A stretch of DNA of 64,000 nucleotides from Octopus sinensis. Lineage: Eukaryota. Positions 1 to 12,231 of this stretch are shown here, piece after piece. Below the pieces are notes generated by a model. It had not been told where the DNA came from. It worked only from the letters and a program-made list of their open reading frames with translations, and did no database searches. The stretch covers positions 100,316,001 through 100,380,000 of the forward strand of contig NC_043005.1 in the NCBI RefSeq assembly GCF_006345805.1, given 5' to 3'. Position numbers and translations under genes: made by a program. Within the stretch, counting starts at the first letter, position 1. Each line of letters starts with the position of its first letter.

Positions 1-249
1 TCCCCAGTCACCCCGCAAAGCCATAAAAAAATCGATAAACCGACCCCTTATGTTTCAGGTAACAAAAGTCTTTAATACAAGGGATGTAACTCACTCCAGC
101 AGTTTAATCTAAAGATATTAAACCATAGCAAGGGAAATAATTCTTTAAAACTCTGCATTTCCCTCCCTTCGTTATGTATCACACCAAACGTGCAAGCTTT
201 TCTGATTTGAGAAATGCAGGGAATAATTAACGAGTTAGACCAAGTGAAT

Positions 250-570
250 GACAAGAGAGAGGGATTTTCATGGAAGACCAAATATGCTTGACTAGCACTA
301 TGACCCGGCAACGCCGGTGGCACATAAAATACACCAATCTGACCGTGGCCGTTGCCAGCCCCGCCTGGCACCTGTGCAGGTGGCACGTAAAAAGCACCCA
401 CTACACTCACGGAGTGGTTGGCGTTAGGAAGGGCATCCAGCTGTAGAAACATTGCCAGATTAGACTGGAGCCTGGTGCAGCCTTTTGGCTTCCCAGAACC
501 CCTGTCGAACCGTCCAACCCATGCTAGCATGGAGAACGGACGTTAAACGACGATGATGATGATGATGATA
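250..570 (+). mobile_element. RTE-clade LINE 3' UTR fragment (5'-truncated)
   Basis: TGCC-GGT-GGCAC-GTAAAAAGCACC units, then GTGGTTGGCGTTAGGAAGGGCATCCAGCTGTAGAAAC and a (GAT)n tail; the same sequence follows the RTE ORF2 remnant at 24280-25536. Confidence 0.8.
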
Positions 571-571
571 T

Positions 572-735
572 ATAGTTGAAATTTACAGAAATACAAAGGA
601 CGAAGACAGGTGTATAAACAACAAATAGGTGTAATAGCTTAATGCTCGAGAATGTGAGAAAGTATTTTATGTTTCACGCCTACACTCTTCCATAGAAAGG
701 AAGACGAGGAAATAAGCAGAGAGAGAATAAAAAAA
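572..735 (-). mobile_element. Short Penelope pLTR-like fragment with decayed minimal hammerhead motif
   Basis: Minus strand reads CTTT-CTATGGA-A-GAGTGTAGGCGT-GAAA-CATA-AAAT; homologous to 51455-51610. Confidence 0.5.
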
Positions 736-1084
736 AACTATGATATATGATCGTGTTGTATTGTCAAAAGCAAGGAACATGAATCATACGAAGTCATGTG
801 AAAATCGAACTGCCCTGATAGGTATTGAACTTGGACACCAACTGCCCCTTGCGAATTGCGTTATATGTCACAAAACTTGTAAGACAATATCTGCACAACA
901 AAAACATATGCTAGTGTGTGTGTATGTGTGTTTAACTTTACACACACACACACACATGCATATAAACGCAAAGGAATAGGTATTTTAAATCTAGGCAGAT
1001 ACCTTGATACCTTACTAACACTCTGATAAATATCCAGACTTGGCTAACCACATTGAATGACAGGAAACAGTTTGAAGTTGTTTA

Positions 1085-1446
1085 GAGTCAACAACTGTAT
1101 CTCGTTTTTGGATTTGGTTTGCAAGATTCTTTATATGAGTTTGTGTGTTGAAGCATATTCTGTTGTGCCTGGGGAGAGTCATTCTCTTTTAGTGCCTTAT
1201 TATTTAATGCTTATTTCTTATTTTTATTTTCTAAAATTTTTGTTGCGTGTTATTTTCATTTTCTAAAATTTTTGTTGCGTGTTGCAACCTTTTCAAGAGT
1301 ATTGGCTCTCAAGACTATTGAAAAGGTTGTAACACGCAACAAAAATTTTAGAAAATAAAAATAAGAAATAAGTCGAAATTTTACCGGTGAGTGTGTTAAA
1401 TAATAAGGCACTAAAAGAGAATGACTCTCCCCAGACACAACAGAAT
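1085..1446. mobile_element. Foldback/MITE-like long palindrome, copy 1
   Basis: Inverted arms 1157-about 1290 and about 1320-1446; related copies at 13000 and 30299. Confidence 0.75.
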
Positions 1447-1491
1447 TAAACCATATTCCCTTTTGAAAATTGGAAGAATGCGCAACTACTT

Positions 1492-1941
1492 TCACATGGA
1501 TCTACTGCACAACCACACCATTCCTACCACCTGAGTCATGGCAAAATCATAAAGCAAGAATAGCAATCCTAACAAGTCTGGTTGTGATGCTAAACTGGAA
1601 GCACCAAATCTTAAACTTCTCAAGGAGTTGCTTTTATCAATCGCTCTTGGTGTCTTTAGCAATGCTTCTGACCTTAAAAATACTGTTGTAATTCTTTGCA
1701 AGGCATTGGACTCTATATTTTGGATTGCTGGAATCTCAAATGCCTGAATGTTAAAGATGCTGTCAGTCTTCTTCAGAGGGTAATCAGGCCCAGAGATGTT
1801 GATGGATTGAATTTCATTTGTGACTGTGTAACCATCTTTTGACTCATCAGAGTCAACCATGTGCCTTGGAATTATATTGACATGACTGTAATGTCTCCTA
1901 TGAAAGTTCTGCAGACTTTTCAGTTCAGTATTAAAGTGGAA
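1492..1941 (-). CDS. Candidate coding segment, 149 open codons, unknown product
   Basis: Non-repetitive, protein-like frame (FHFNTELK...MVDSDESKDG...LLGLLFLLYDFAM); strong acceptor TTTCCCTTTTCAG at 1988 is separated from it by an in-frame TAA. Confidence 0.35.
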   Translation of the reverse strand, partial: FHFNTELKSLQNFHRRHYSHVNIIPRHMVDSDESKDGYTVTNEIQSINISGPDYPLKKTDSIFNIQAFEIPAIQNIESNALQRITTVFLRSEALLKTPRAIDKSNSLRSLRFGASSLASQPDLLGLLFLLYDFAMTQVVGMVWLCSRSM

Positions 1942-2748
1942 TTATGTCACTCTTCCTGATTTTATTCCAAGGACCACTTCTTGAAGACTGAAAAGGGAAA
2001 CTTTTACTCATGCTTACGTTACTCTTATAAAATAGACAGGTAATAGTGTGTTATGTTGCACATTCGGATGCCTCTACTCAACTCTACTCTCGGACAGCTA
2101 CTCTTCTCTCTATATATCTACGTATTGGGCTAGCCTGCTTCATCGTCTGGGAGCGTCCACACAACATAGTGGTTGTTATTTTGTCTGGCATCTCAGCATT
2201 TTACATTTGTTTGCCAAACTAGCATGGGTTTGATGGGTCTTTACAGTTTGAGTATAATTTTATTCATAGTTACTTCACTTCAAAGCAAGTTGGGGGAATA
2301 TTTACCTCAAGTTATCTTAAGGAACAGCTAAATGGTTCACTGGTTATTTACCTTGTCTGAATATCAAAGACACAACACAACAAAACACAACCCAACCCAA
2401 TGCAACACAACACAATACACACACAAAATCAAAACAGGTGTGAATTGATGAAAAGACCTTTATACAGGAAAACTTAAGTCTCTGCTTCATCTCATGTCAC
2501 ACCAACTCACACCTATTTCCTGTTTTTACTTGTACATTTTCATTTGTGATTTACACCGATACAGACCAGAACAAGTCACCAGTTCTCATGACCATCAATA
2601 CTCATAATACCAGTTACATCTTCCTCTTCTCTACTTATGCTCTAATGTAGAAAATTGGTCAGAGCCTGACATAAAATACTGATACCAATAATGTTAATAA
2701 CCAAGATAGTACAACTAGCGAATAGAAATGTTAGTAAAGTTGATAGAT

Positions 2749-3170
2749 AGGCGTAGGAGTGGCTGTGTGGTAAGTAGCTTGCTTACCCACCACATGGTTC
2801 TGGGTTCAGTCCCACTGTGTGGCACCTTGGGCAAGTGTCTTCTACTATAGCCTCGGGCCGACCAAAGCCTTGTGATTGGATTTGGTAGATGGAAACTGAA
2901 CGAAGCCTGTCGTATATATTTATATATACGTATATACGAATGTGTGTATGTGTGTGTGTGTGTCTGTGTTTGTCCCCCCAACATTGCTTGACAACCAATG
3001 CTGGTGTGTTTACGTCCCAGTAACTTAGCAGTTCAGCAAAAGGGACTGATAGAATAAGTACTAGGCTTACAAAGAATAAGTCCTGGGGTTGATTTGTTCG
3101 ACTAAAGGCAGTGCTCCAGCATGGCCACAGTCAAATGACTGAAACAAGTAAAAGAGTAAAGAGTAAAGAG
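2749..3170 (+). mobile_element. tRNA-derived SINE, family A
   Basis: A-box-like TGGCTGTGTGG, B-box-like GGTTCAGTCCC, internal (TA)/(TG) tract, tail GACTGAAACAAGTAAAAGAGTAAAGA; at least 8 copies in window. Confidence 0.85.
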
Positions 3171-3447
3171 AAGAGAAGAAGAGCTGGCTCTAAGAAATGA
3201 TCTGACTTCCTCTGAAATATGGGTGAGGTGTAGATTGTTGTTGTTGTTGTTGGATAGTCCTAGTTCTGTCCTAATTGAGAAGAGCCAGGATGAAAGGCAA
3301 TCCAGCCATGACAATAATGTCATATTTATATTTTTAGGTGTAGTAAATCTAAAAAAACATTTAAAAACTTAAAAGGATAGATTATGCAATGTGTCCTTTT
3401 CTTAAGACAGTAGAGTGAGATTTGAAGAAGATTTAGTTGCTATTTCT

Positions 3448-3680
3448 TATTTCTTTATTGCCGACAAGGGGTTAAACATAGAGAGGACAAACAAGGACAG
3501 ACAATGGGATTAAGTCGATTACATCGACTCCAGTGCGTAACTGGTACTTAATTCATCGACCCCGAAAGGATGAAAGGCAAACTCGACCTCGGCAGAATTT
3601 GAACTCAGAATGTAATGGCAGACGAAATACCGCTAAGCATTTCATCCGGCGTGCTAACGTTTCTGCCAACTCGCTGCCTT
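3448..3680 (-). mobile_element. tRNA-derived SINE, family B
   Basis: GAGTTCAAATTC B-box; 16-bp TSD TTTAGTTGCTATTTCT at 3432-3447 and 3681-3696. Confidence 0.9.
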
Positions 3681-5419
3681 TTTAGTTGCTATTTCTAACA
3701 GGCTGAACAGCTACGTTGAGGTTTCCCATATTGCCTATTGTAGATTACAGAACAATATGGAGGCCTATGAACATATGAACAGGCAGAGTACTGTTTGAAG
3801 CAAGAAGTGAAGTTTTAATAGTTCACATGTGTGAATGGTAGAATTTTAATTTGCTGTGGGAAGGAAGCGGTAAGAATGCCCAATTACTTGAGTAATTGCC
3901 AGTTATAACCGGTTATAACCAGTTATAACTGATCATCAATGTCAGCATGGATTGGAGAATGTCTTCAGACTTTCAACTGATTTCATCTTTATTAGTCTAA
4001 TTTTTCAAGAGTCTGTCAGGTTTGATGGGCAAAGATTATTAGGGATGGAAGAAAGCTACAGGGTGGGAGGGACTGGGAAAAGAAATAAAATGGAGACCAA
4101 CATCCATCAGTATCAAGACGAACAACAGTTGTAATCGTCAGTACTCAAAGTTATATATAGTCTTCTGTTCTAGGATATTAGTTGGAAACACTCTAGGTTC
4201 AATAATTATTTTGTGCAACTCACTCAGCTCTAATTAAGCAGATCAAATATTAATTATTATTATTAAGAACTCATTGTTAATCTTGCTTAGCCCCAGGTCA
4301 GTTCTGATTGAGCAGACCTTTGATAAGAAGTGTTAAAAGTGTTCCATCTGTGACCATTCTGTCTTTCCTACATATATGTACATATACATCATATACATAC
4401 ATATATATATATACACATAGGTGAACATTTCTACATAATAATCGAATTACTTATAGAACAACAAATCGCTAGACAGAAAGACACTGATCAACAATCTTTA
4501 CGACTTAACCATGTCCTCTTGTGAATATGCAAGCATAAGAGAGGCAAATTTCTATACCAACAACACCATGACAGGCTCCACTTATGACCTCCACCGTCCA
4601 AACAGAAACTGGAAATACCCTAAATAACATCAACAACAAATAAAAAAAACTTATTCACCAGCCAAAACATACTACCTACTTACTTTCTTTTGTTAACCCT
4701 TAAAAATTCCATTACAAAAAAGAAAACTGACACACCCAGTTACTTTGTTTTAAAATGCTGGACTAAACTTTGGCATTTACATCACCAAATCAAAGGATTA
4801 AATCCAATAAAACAAAAATGAACTAAAACTAATATTGCATCAGCTGACAAAAAAAACTTCCTCAACCTACCTACTTCGTTTTTGTGAATCACTAAAACAA
4901 TCCCATGAACCGAAGCTGACACACCTAAATACACACACCTGCTTACAAAGATCTACATATATGAATAAATTCTGAACAATAACATAACTATATATTTATA
5001 CATTAAAAATTTCTCCACAACACCTCTCCATCACAACCCACCATACAATCTAATTATCATTCAACTGAACCCCCCAAACCCCCTGAATTTCTTTCGATCT
5101 CAATAGAGACTACATAAAGCCAAGATTAACTTGATGCACCACACACAGATGATGACTTAGCTGGCTGAGATTTCGAAGTCCCTGTCAATACAATTCTTGT
5201 TAAAGAATAATAAATCTGCACTTTACAAAGGTGTGGAGTAACCCTTCAGATTAACTTAAAATTAGGGCGAATGTAAACAAACAAGTTTGTTTTTGAAGTG
5301 TTGAAATGTATTGTAGAACAAGTAGAAAGATAAATTTTATTCAACGCATAAATATTGAACTGTGTATATATATAACGGATAAAATCCATTTTGTTTTTAA
5401 AGCAGAAAAAATTGTCAGC

Positions 5420-5493
5420 AGCCAGCCATGAGGATTGAACTCATGTCCCTCCAATATCTGGTTGGAATGCTTTACCATTTAAGCTAAACTGCC
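5420..5493 (-). pseudogene. tRNA-like cloverleaf, probably non-functional
   Basis: D stem GCTT/AAGC, anticodon stem TCCAA/TTGGA, T stem ATGAG/CTCAT with TTCAATC loop, acceptor 6/7 paired; C instead of U33 and one extra base. Confidence 0.55.
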
Positions 5494-5618
5494 TGACCAC
5501 CAAATTCTTCTGCAATTTAAGAAGTTATAGAATCATCCATGAACGCTAGATGTCATATAGGTTACACCATATGTAAACAAAGAAGTTTGTTACAAGTGAA
5601 CACAAAAAGAAACATTAA

Positions 5619-5960
5619 TATCATCATCATCATCATCATCATCATCCTTTAATATCCATTGTCCATGCTGGTATGGGTTGAATGGTTTGACCAGAGCAGA
5701 CAAACTGGAAGGCTGCACGAGGCTCCAGTCTGATTGGTGTAGGTTCTACAGTTGGATGCCCTTCCTAACATCAACCACTTCATAGAGTGTGCTGGGTGCT
5801 TTTACATGGCACTGCACAAGTGCTCTTACATGACACCAGCAAGAGTGCTTTTACATGGCACTGACACAAGACTCTTGCATGCCAATCCTCTTCACGGTGG
5901 GGGGGGGCCTTACAACTTCTGTTGTGGAGTAACAGGTCTTCTTGAGTACAGCAAAGTGCC
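5619..5960 (-). mobile_element. RTE LINE 3' UTR fragment
   Basis: (CAT)n then reverse complement of the RTE tail (CTACAGTTGGATGCCCTTCCTAAC). Confidence 0.75.
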
Positions 5961-6330
5961 AGGTATCTTGTCTGAAAAGTTTAGTATCGTTCAGTATTTT
6001 GTCCCATGACTTCTTGGGTCTTTATCTTCCCTGTGTTCTATCTACTTGAAAAGATTGCCACTATTATATATATATACGTTCGAAATGCAGAGTAGATAAA
6101 ACAGGGGGCAACTGATGAAGGGATTGTTCTTTATGTTGCCTCTCTCGTTTCTCTATTTGTTTTATTCATTGCTCGATAAAAAAGTTCGTTTTCCATGTTT
6201 TTGTTTTTTCTATGTTCCCGATTTTCATTTTGTTCATGTTTTTATTGATGTCCTGTACCCATATATGCATGTATATATACATATATATGTAGGTATGTAC
6301 ATATATGTATGTATATATGCATATACATTT

Positions 6331-6372
<42 letters not shown>

Positions 6373-6384
6373 CATTATGTATAG

Positions 6385-6720
6385 TGAAGGTGCATGGCTC
6401 AGTGGTTAGAGCATCGAGCTTATGATCATGAGGTGGTAAGTTTCAATCCCAGACCGGGCTGCATGTTGTGTTCTTGAGCAAAACACTTTATTTCACGTTG
6501 CTCCAGTTCACTCAGCTGTAGAAATGAGTTGTGACTTCACAGGTGCCAAGCTGTATCGGCCTTTGCCTTTCCCTTGGATAACACTATTGGCGTGGAGAGG
6601 GGAGGCTGGTATGCATGGGTGACCCCAGGCCTTCCATAAACAATCTTGCCCAGACTTGTGCCTCGGAGGGTTACTTTCTAGGTGCAATTCCATGGTCAGT
6701 CATGACCGAAGGGGTCTCAG
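6385..6720 (+). mobile_element. tRNA-derived SINE, family C (CORE/Meta-like central domain)
   Basis: Head TGGCTCAGTGGTTAGAGC...GTTTCAATCCC, central TTCTTGAGCAAAACACTTTATTTCACGTTGCTCCAGTTCACTCAGCTG. Confidence 0.75.
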
Positions 6721-7929
6721 CATATGTATGTATGTTTGTATGTATGCATTCATGTACGTCTATATGTACAAGTGTGTGTGTGTGTGTGTGTGCATGTATA
6801 AATATATATAATCAACATCAGTTAATATGCATCTGTGGTGCTGGGGTGGGTGAGATGATTTGATAGTCTCAAATGAACTGGAGGACAGCATCAAGTTCCT
6901 GTGTCTGCTTGGGCATGGATGCCCTTCCTAATGTCAACCACTTCACAAAGTGTATTGGGGACTCTTTTTGTGATACCAGCATTAGTGAGTGCATGAAGTA
7001 ACTTGCAATACAAAATAAAGATAAACAAAGTAAGAAATATCACCATCATCATCATCAGCAGCAGCAGCCGTTCGAGAATTTGGGCCTGGAGATCTTCATT
7101 TCCAGCGACTTCAAGGGCCACCTCCCAGTGGTGCCATGCATCAACGAGGAGCCCTCGACTATAACAAGATGACCAAAGTTGTTTTTTTTTTCCAAGGTCT
7201 GGGGTCTCCCACCCCTAAGCCCTAGACCATCACCATTACCTGTCTTGTTGCTTAACAACAACAACAACAGCAGCAGCAGAACCATTTCAGCATCTTTTTC
7301 CCATGCATGAGTCAGATGAGAATATGTTGAGGCAGAATCTTCTACAGCTGGATGCTTATAACTTATAACTAGCAACTGCTACTCATTTCCAAGTGTACTA
7401 ATAATCATCTTGTCTATCACACAACAAATAGTCAAGACAATTATACAGAGAACTGGTAACAGGCAACACCTTATCAATGGGGTCTTTGTTTTCAACAATC
7501 ACATAACATGTCCTGATGAAAGAGATACTACTTCCCTCACAAACACACACACACACACACATGGATATATTTGTTTTAATTATCTTTTAAGGCCAGGGCA
7601 ATGCAAATTATAAAAATTGATATTACAGGTTGATGGTTTGTACTTTTACCTGGTATTTCAATATTTCAGGGTAAACATCCCTTCATCAGGAAATATTCAG
7701 ACAAAAAGTGTTGTTAGCCAACTTTTTTGTACTGCAGTATGTGCATATGAAGGGTTGTTTTGTATTGCTATAGTATCCAATCAGACACATGCAGTTCATA
7801 TCTGATGTTAATATATGAGTTGTACTTGTTAATTAAGATAGCTTCTTTTATTCTTAAGTTCCCAATGTTTCTTCCTGTAGCTTCATATGGAAACCTGGAT
7901 GTCTTAGGTGCTTTTTGATGGAAGAAGCA

Positions 7930-8115
7930 TTAGCATAAACATGTTCTTTAACTGGTTGGAAAGCAGGGTACTCAACAGCTGTTACTCCTGTGTTTTTTGT
8001 TTGTTGGTTTTTTGCCAGGTATGTGGATGATGTCCTCATATTTACATCACTTCATGAGGTGACTCTCCAAATATACAATAGGTTGAACAATATTGATAAA
8101 CATATAAAATTTTAA
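7930..8115 (+). pseudogene. Penelope-like RT relic
   Basis: Frameshifted translation NMFFNWLESRVLN...RYVDDVLIF...LNNIDKHIKF*VE matches the PLE RT YxDD region. Confidence 0.55.
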
Positions 8116-8159
8116 GTGGAGCACCAGCTTTGGAGGACCAAAGATTTTATTGGAAATGC

Positions 8160-8240
8160 AGCAGGATTTGGAAAGATGGCAATGATGCTGGAATGTTTGT
8201 GCTAAATACTTACACAATGTCAACTTGTATGCTGGGAAAT
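8160..8240 (+). pseudogene. Possible piggyBac transposase relic
   Basis: Only the short peptide KYLHNVNLYAGK resembles the piggyBac Y..N..LY.GK motif. Confidence 0.25.
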
Positions 8241-9087
8241 TCTATATATCACAGATACACATCCAACTTAGATCAACAGAACCAGTCATGTTAGAACACT
8301 TATCCCAATATGACCAGTTTGCAGTGACTTGTTATATTATATTAATAAAAAAAAATTAGAATATTATTTATTTTTTCTGTATGCTTGCTAAAATAAGGTC
8401 AAAGACAGGGATTAGCTGTAAGTGATATGAATCAATTTTTGATGACACAATATTGCTGCTGATACTACTACTACCATCACCACCACCACCACTACCACCA
8501 CCACCACCACCACCACCACCACCACCACCACTACTACTACTACTACTGCTATGATGCTATCAGCCTAAGATCAAAACTTTGGATGGAGGTGTGTTGCCCA
8601 ATTAATAAATTGCTGTATTTGACTGGTATTTATTTTATTGATCCATTAAAAACGACAGATGAAATAATCCCTGTCAGGATTCGAACTCTGGACATAAAAT
8701 GAAGTCAAGGCAAGCTGTCAAGATATAATAATTATTAATGGCTGGAACAAAAATCATCTTGAACTCTTTTGACCAAAATATTTGCTTGAAAGGAGAGGGA
8801 GAAACTATTATGATTACAAGAATATTTGAATTGAAGTAAACAGGGTGTGGTAAATCAAAGGAAAGACAGTTAAAATAATAATTGAAGCAGCAGCCGTAAT
8901 TAAAAAAAAAATATGAACAAAAACATACAAGTTCATGACAAGGTTTACTACATTATATATAGTTGTAAAAAAAAATAGGTACAACCTACATAAGTCAATC
9001 CAAACAACTCACTTTCTGAAAACAACATGTTTGTTCACTTGTTGGTATGATTTTATGCCCATTTCCCCATGCTAGAATGAATTAAAT

Positions 9088-9912
9088 CAAAGGTTCTCAA
9101 CCGGGGTCCATACAAAGTTTTTTGGGATCCACACAACGAAATAGTAAACTGAGGAGCCACAATGGTATATTAAAGGCCCCTGAAAAAATTTTGCCTTAGG
9201 ACCCGACAAATGAAGTGAGTTCATGGTTCACAGGATGGCCTGCTGTGCTTACCTTGGATCGTAGAGCGACCTGCTGTGCTCGAGGAGACCTACTGAGTCA
9301 AGTACATCAACATCAACATCAAATAAAAATCAAATGGAAATCGTAGTTGCAATACCTGTGCCGGTGGCACGTAAAAATCACCATCTGGACATGGCCAATA
9401 CCAGCACTGCCTTGACTAGTGTCCATGCTGGTGGCACGTAAAAAGCACCAACTGATCGTGGACATTGCCAGCCTCCTCTGGCCCCTGTGCCGGTGGCATA
9501 TAAAAAACATCTACTATACTCATGGAGTGGTTGGCATGGGGAAGGGCATCCAGCTGTAGAAACACTGCCAAATCAGACTGTAGCCTGGTGCAGCCTCCTG
9601 GCTTCCCAGAACCCGGTCGAACCATCCAACCCATGCCAGCATGGAAAACGGACATTAAACGATGATGATGATAATGACGGTGATGTATGTATTCGTATGA
9701 ATTGCAAGAAACAGCCAGGTTTCCTTTCCTATCATTTTACATAGTTCAACCACTACATGTGAATGTGTAAAAAGCAAAACAGCAATTTTGAATGTAGTTT
9801 CTACAAAACTAATTTTTAAACATCAAATGGCAATGGCTAGGGGGGGGGGTATCACCAGAATAAAATATTAATCAAAGGGATCCATAGATAAAAAAATGGT
9901 TAAGAACCCCTG
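9088..9912. mobile_element. hAT-like MITE containing an RTE insertion
   Basis: TIRs CAAAGGTTCTCAACC (9088) and GGTTAAGAACCCCTG (ends 9912); 8-bp flanks match only 5/8. Confidence 0.55.
9205..9690 (+). mobile_element. RTE LINE 3' UTR fragment
   Basis: Several GTGCCGGTGGCAC units, conserved RTE tail, (GAT)n. Confidence 0.85.
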
Positions 9913-10303
9913 GGTTAGATGAATATGCTATTGGAGCAATGGTTTGCAGCTGGATGCTCTTCTGGTTGCTGACCCTCAACTGATTTAATGATTAAAGGGG
10001 TTTCTTATGACATACAGGTTTGAAGGTGTAAAGCAATCAAAGGATTTGTTGAGAGAAGTAACTCCACCACTTGGAGGTCACCAGAGTAATGGAAATGAGT
10101 GCAAAGGCAAACAAATGCACAGACCTGAACACGTGCCCACAAACAACATTCACCACCCCCATAGACATGTACATACATACATATGCTTACATACATATAT
10201 AAACACATGTACATACATATACTCACCCATACATGCATACATACACACACGCACACACTTACATACGAGGGTAGGGGCTGAAAAGTTTTTGGCTTTAAGG
10301 GTT

Positions 10304-10810
10304 TGGATCTTTACACTTTAACCATAACCCTAAAACCCTAACTCTAAAACCTTAACCCTAACTCTAAAACTCTAACCCTAACCCTAAAATCCTAGCCCTA
10401 ACCCTAACTCTAAAACCCTAAGCCTAACCCTAAAATCCTAATCCTAACCCTAAAACCCTAATCCTAACCCTAACTCTAAAACCCTAACCCTAACTCTAAC
10501 CCTAAAGCTCTAAAGCTAAAACCAGGACAAATGTACGAATGATGTCATAAATAACAGTGACAAATGAAATATACATCACCGATAGTTGTTGTTGACAAAC
10601 AATGGCAGCTGAATACACGTCATTGATTGGTTGAAATTACCGAAATACGACTACTTTAACACGAAATAACTTTGAAAATATAAACTTTTCTCAACAACAC
10701 TAAGAGTAAAAGATGTTTTATATGACACATTCTACCAGTGTCCGAAGATTGAAAGTGTTTAGTTACAAAAAATTAATTTCTTGATCTGTCGTTCAAAGGG
10801 AAAAGATCCA
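10304..10810. mobile_element. Non-autonomous TIR element (TGGATCTTT..AAAGATCCA) with telomere-like array
   Basis: 9-bp perfect TIR; 6-bp duplication AGGGTT at 10298-10303 and 10811-10816; splits the mariner MITE. Confidence 0.75.
10321..10520 (+). repeat. Degenerate interstitial (CCCTAA)n telomere-like array
   Basis: CCCTAA, CTCTAA, CCCTAAAA and ATCCTA variants over about 200 bp. Confidence 0.9.
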
Positions 10811-11629
10811 AGGGTTCTTGTGGAAGGCGTGGTTGAAGGTCCAACCTTCTGAGTTTTTTTACAGGGCTTAGAAAAACTTAAGGACTGCTGCAATATGTGT
10901 GTGAAACTGAGAGGGGAATTGAACAAAATCACAATTAACTGATCCTCCTGTATTTTCTTTTAACCAAAGCCAGGGACTTTTCAGTAGTCCCTTGTACATA
11001 TACACATATAACAGACTTCTTTCAGCTTCCATCCATCAAATCCATTTAAAGAGTTTTGCTCAGCCTGAAACTATGAAATATTTACCAAAGGTGCCACATA
11101 ATGGGACTGAACCCAAAATGATGTTTTTAAGAAGCAAATTTCTTAAACAAACAATCGTGCATGTGTCAAAAAAGCATAAAATTTTCCCTGACAAAACATC
11201 TACTTACACAACACATACTTTATGGAGTCAACCAAATGATATAACAAAATTCATGCTCACATACAACATGAACACCAGCTGAAAATACAGCAAGCATTAC
11301 ACAACAGTATACTTTTACTCAAAAGAAAACGAACACAAAACAAGAGCACTGAGAGAGCACAAACCTCCGCCAAGGCGACACCAATGTCCTCTCAACGATT
11401 AGCTAGAAATGATTTTTAAAATGAAATTATCTGAAATGAACCCGACTGCTTTCATAAATTAAGTAAAAAATCAGGTAAAATAATCCAGAATCTTTGTCTG
11501 TAACCACCTTGATTCCAAAATCTAATCAGTTTGTGCCAGTCATGAGGCCAAACATCCCTGAAAGTTTCATCCAAATTCAGCCAGCGGTTCTTTGAGATAT
11601 CTTGACCATGGACAAACAAACAAACACGA

Positions 11630-12030
11630 CTCTTACTCTTTTACTTGTTTTAGTCATTTGACTGTGGCCATGCTGGAGCACCACCTTTAGTCGAGCAAAT
11701 CAACCCTAGAACTTATTCTTAGTAAACCTAGTACTTATTCTATTGGTCTCTTTTGCCAAACCGCTTAGTTATGGAGATGTAAACACACCAGCATCGGATG
11801 TCAAGTGATGTTGGAGGGACAAACAGACACACAAATACACACATATACATACGTATATACATATATATGATGGGCTTCTTTCAGTTTCTGTCTACCAAAT
11901 CCTCTCACAAGGCTTTGGTTGAACTGAGGCTATAGTGGAAGACACTTGCCCAAGATGCCACACAGTGGGACTGAACCCAGAACCATGTGGTTGGTAAGCA
12001 AGCTACTTACCACACAGCCACTCCAGCACC
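11630..12030 (-). mobile_element. SINE family A
   Basis: Reverse complement of the 2749-3170 family, head to tail. Confidence 0.85.
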
Positions 12031-12167
12031 TGTAAACAATACCTCTGCCTTCACTAAGGCAAGGCAGAAGTAATAACATAAAACCAACCACAGAAACACA
12101 ACAACAACACAGTCAAACAGATGCAAATAAAAAAACACAGAATTCAACATCTTCCCAGAAGAAAATG

Positions 12168-12231
<64 letters not shown>

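Larger units (their letters stand above)
10266..10994 (+). mobile_element. Mariner-derived MITE, copy 1 (interrupted)
   Basis: TA-flanked TIRs (CGAGGGTAGGGGCTGAAAAG.. / ..CTTTTCAGTAGTCCCTTG); internal remnant resembles a mariner transposase C-terminus (FxQGLEKLKDxC..CV.LRGE). Confidence 0.7.

Noticed and set aside
72-530. 152-aa ORF and similar ORFs at 46895-47548 and 49381-49683
   Set aside because: Antisense translations of the RTE 3' UTR.
6095-6135. CTGATGA hammerhead core at 6112-6118 inside a GGGGGCAAC/GTTGCCTCT stem
   Set aside because: No GAAA or stem III after stem II; at best an incomplete pLTR relic.
10321-10520. True telomere or chromosome fusion scar
   Set aside because: Array is short, degenerate, single-orientation and enclosed by TIRs and a TSD.
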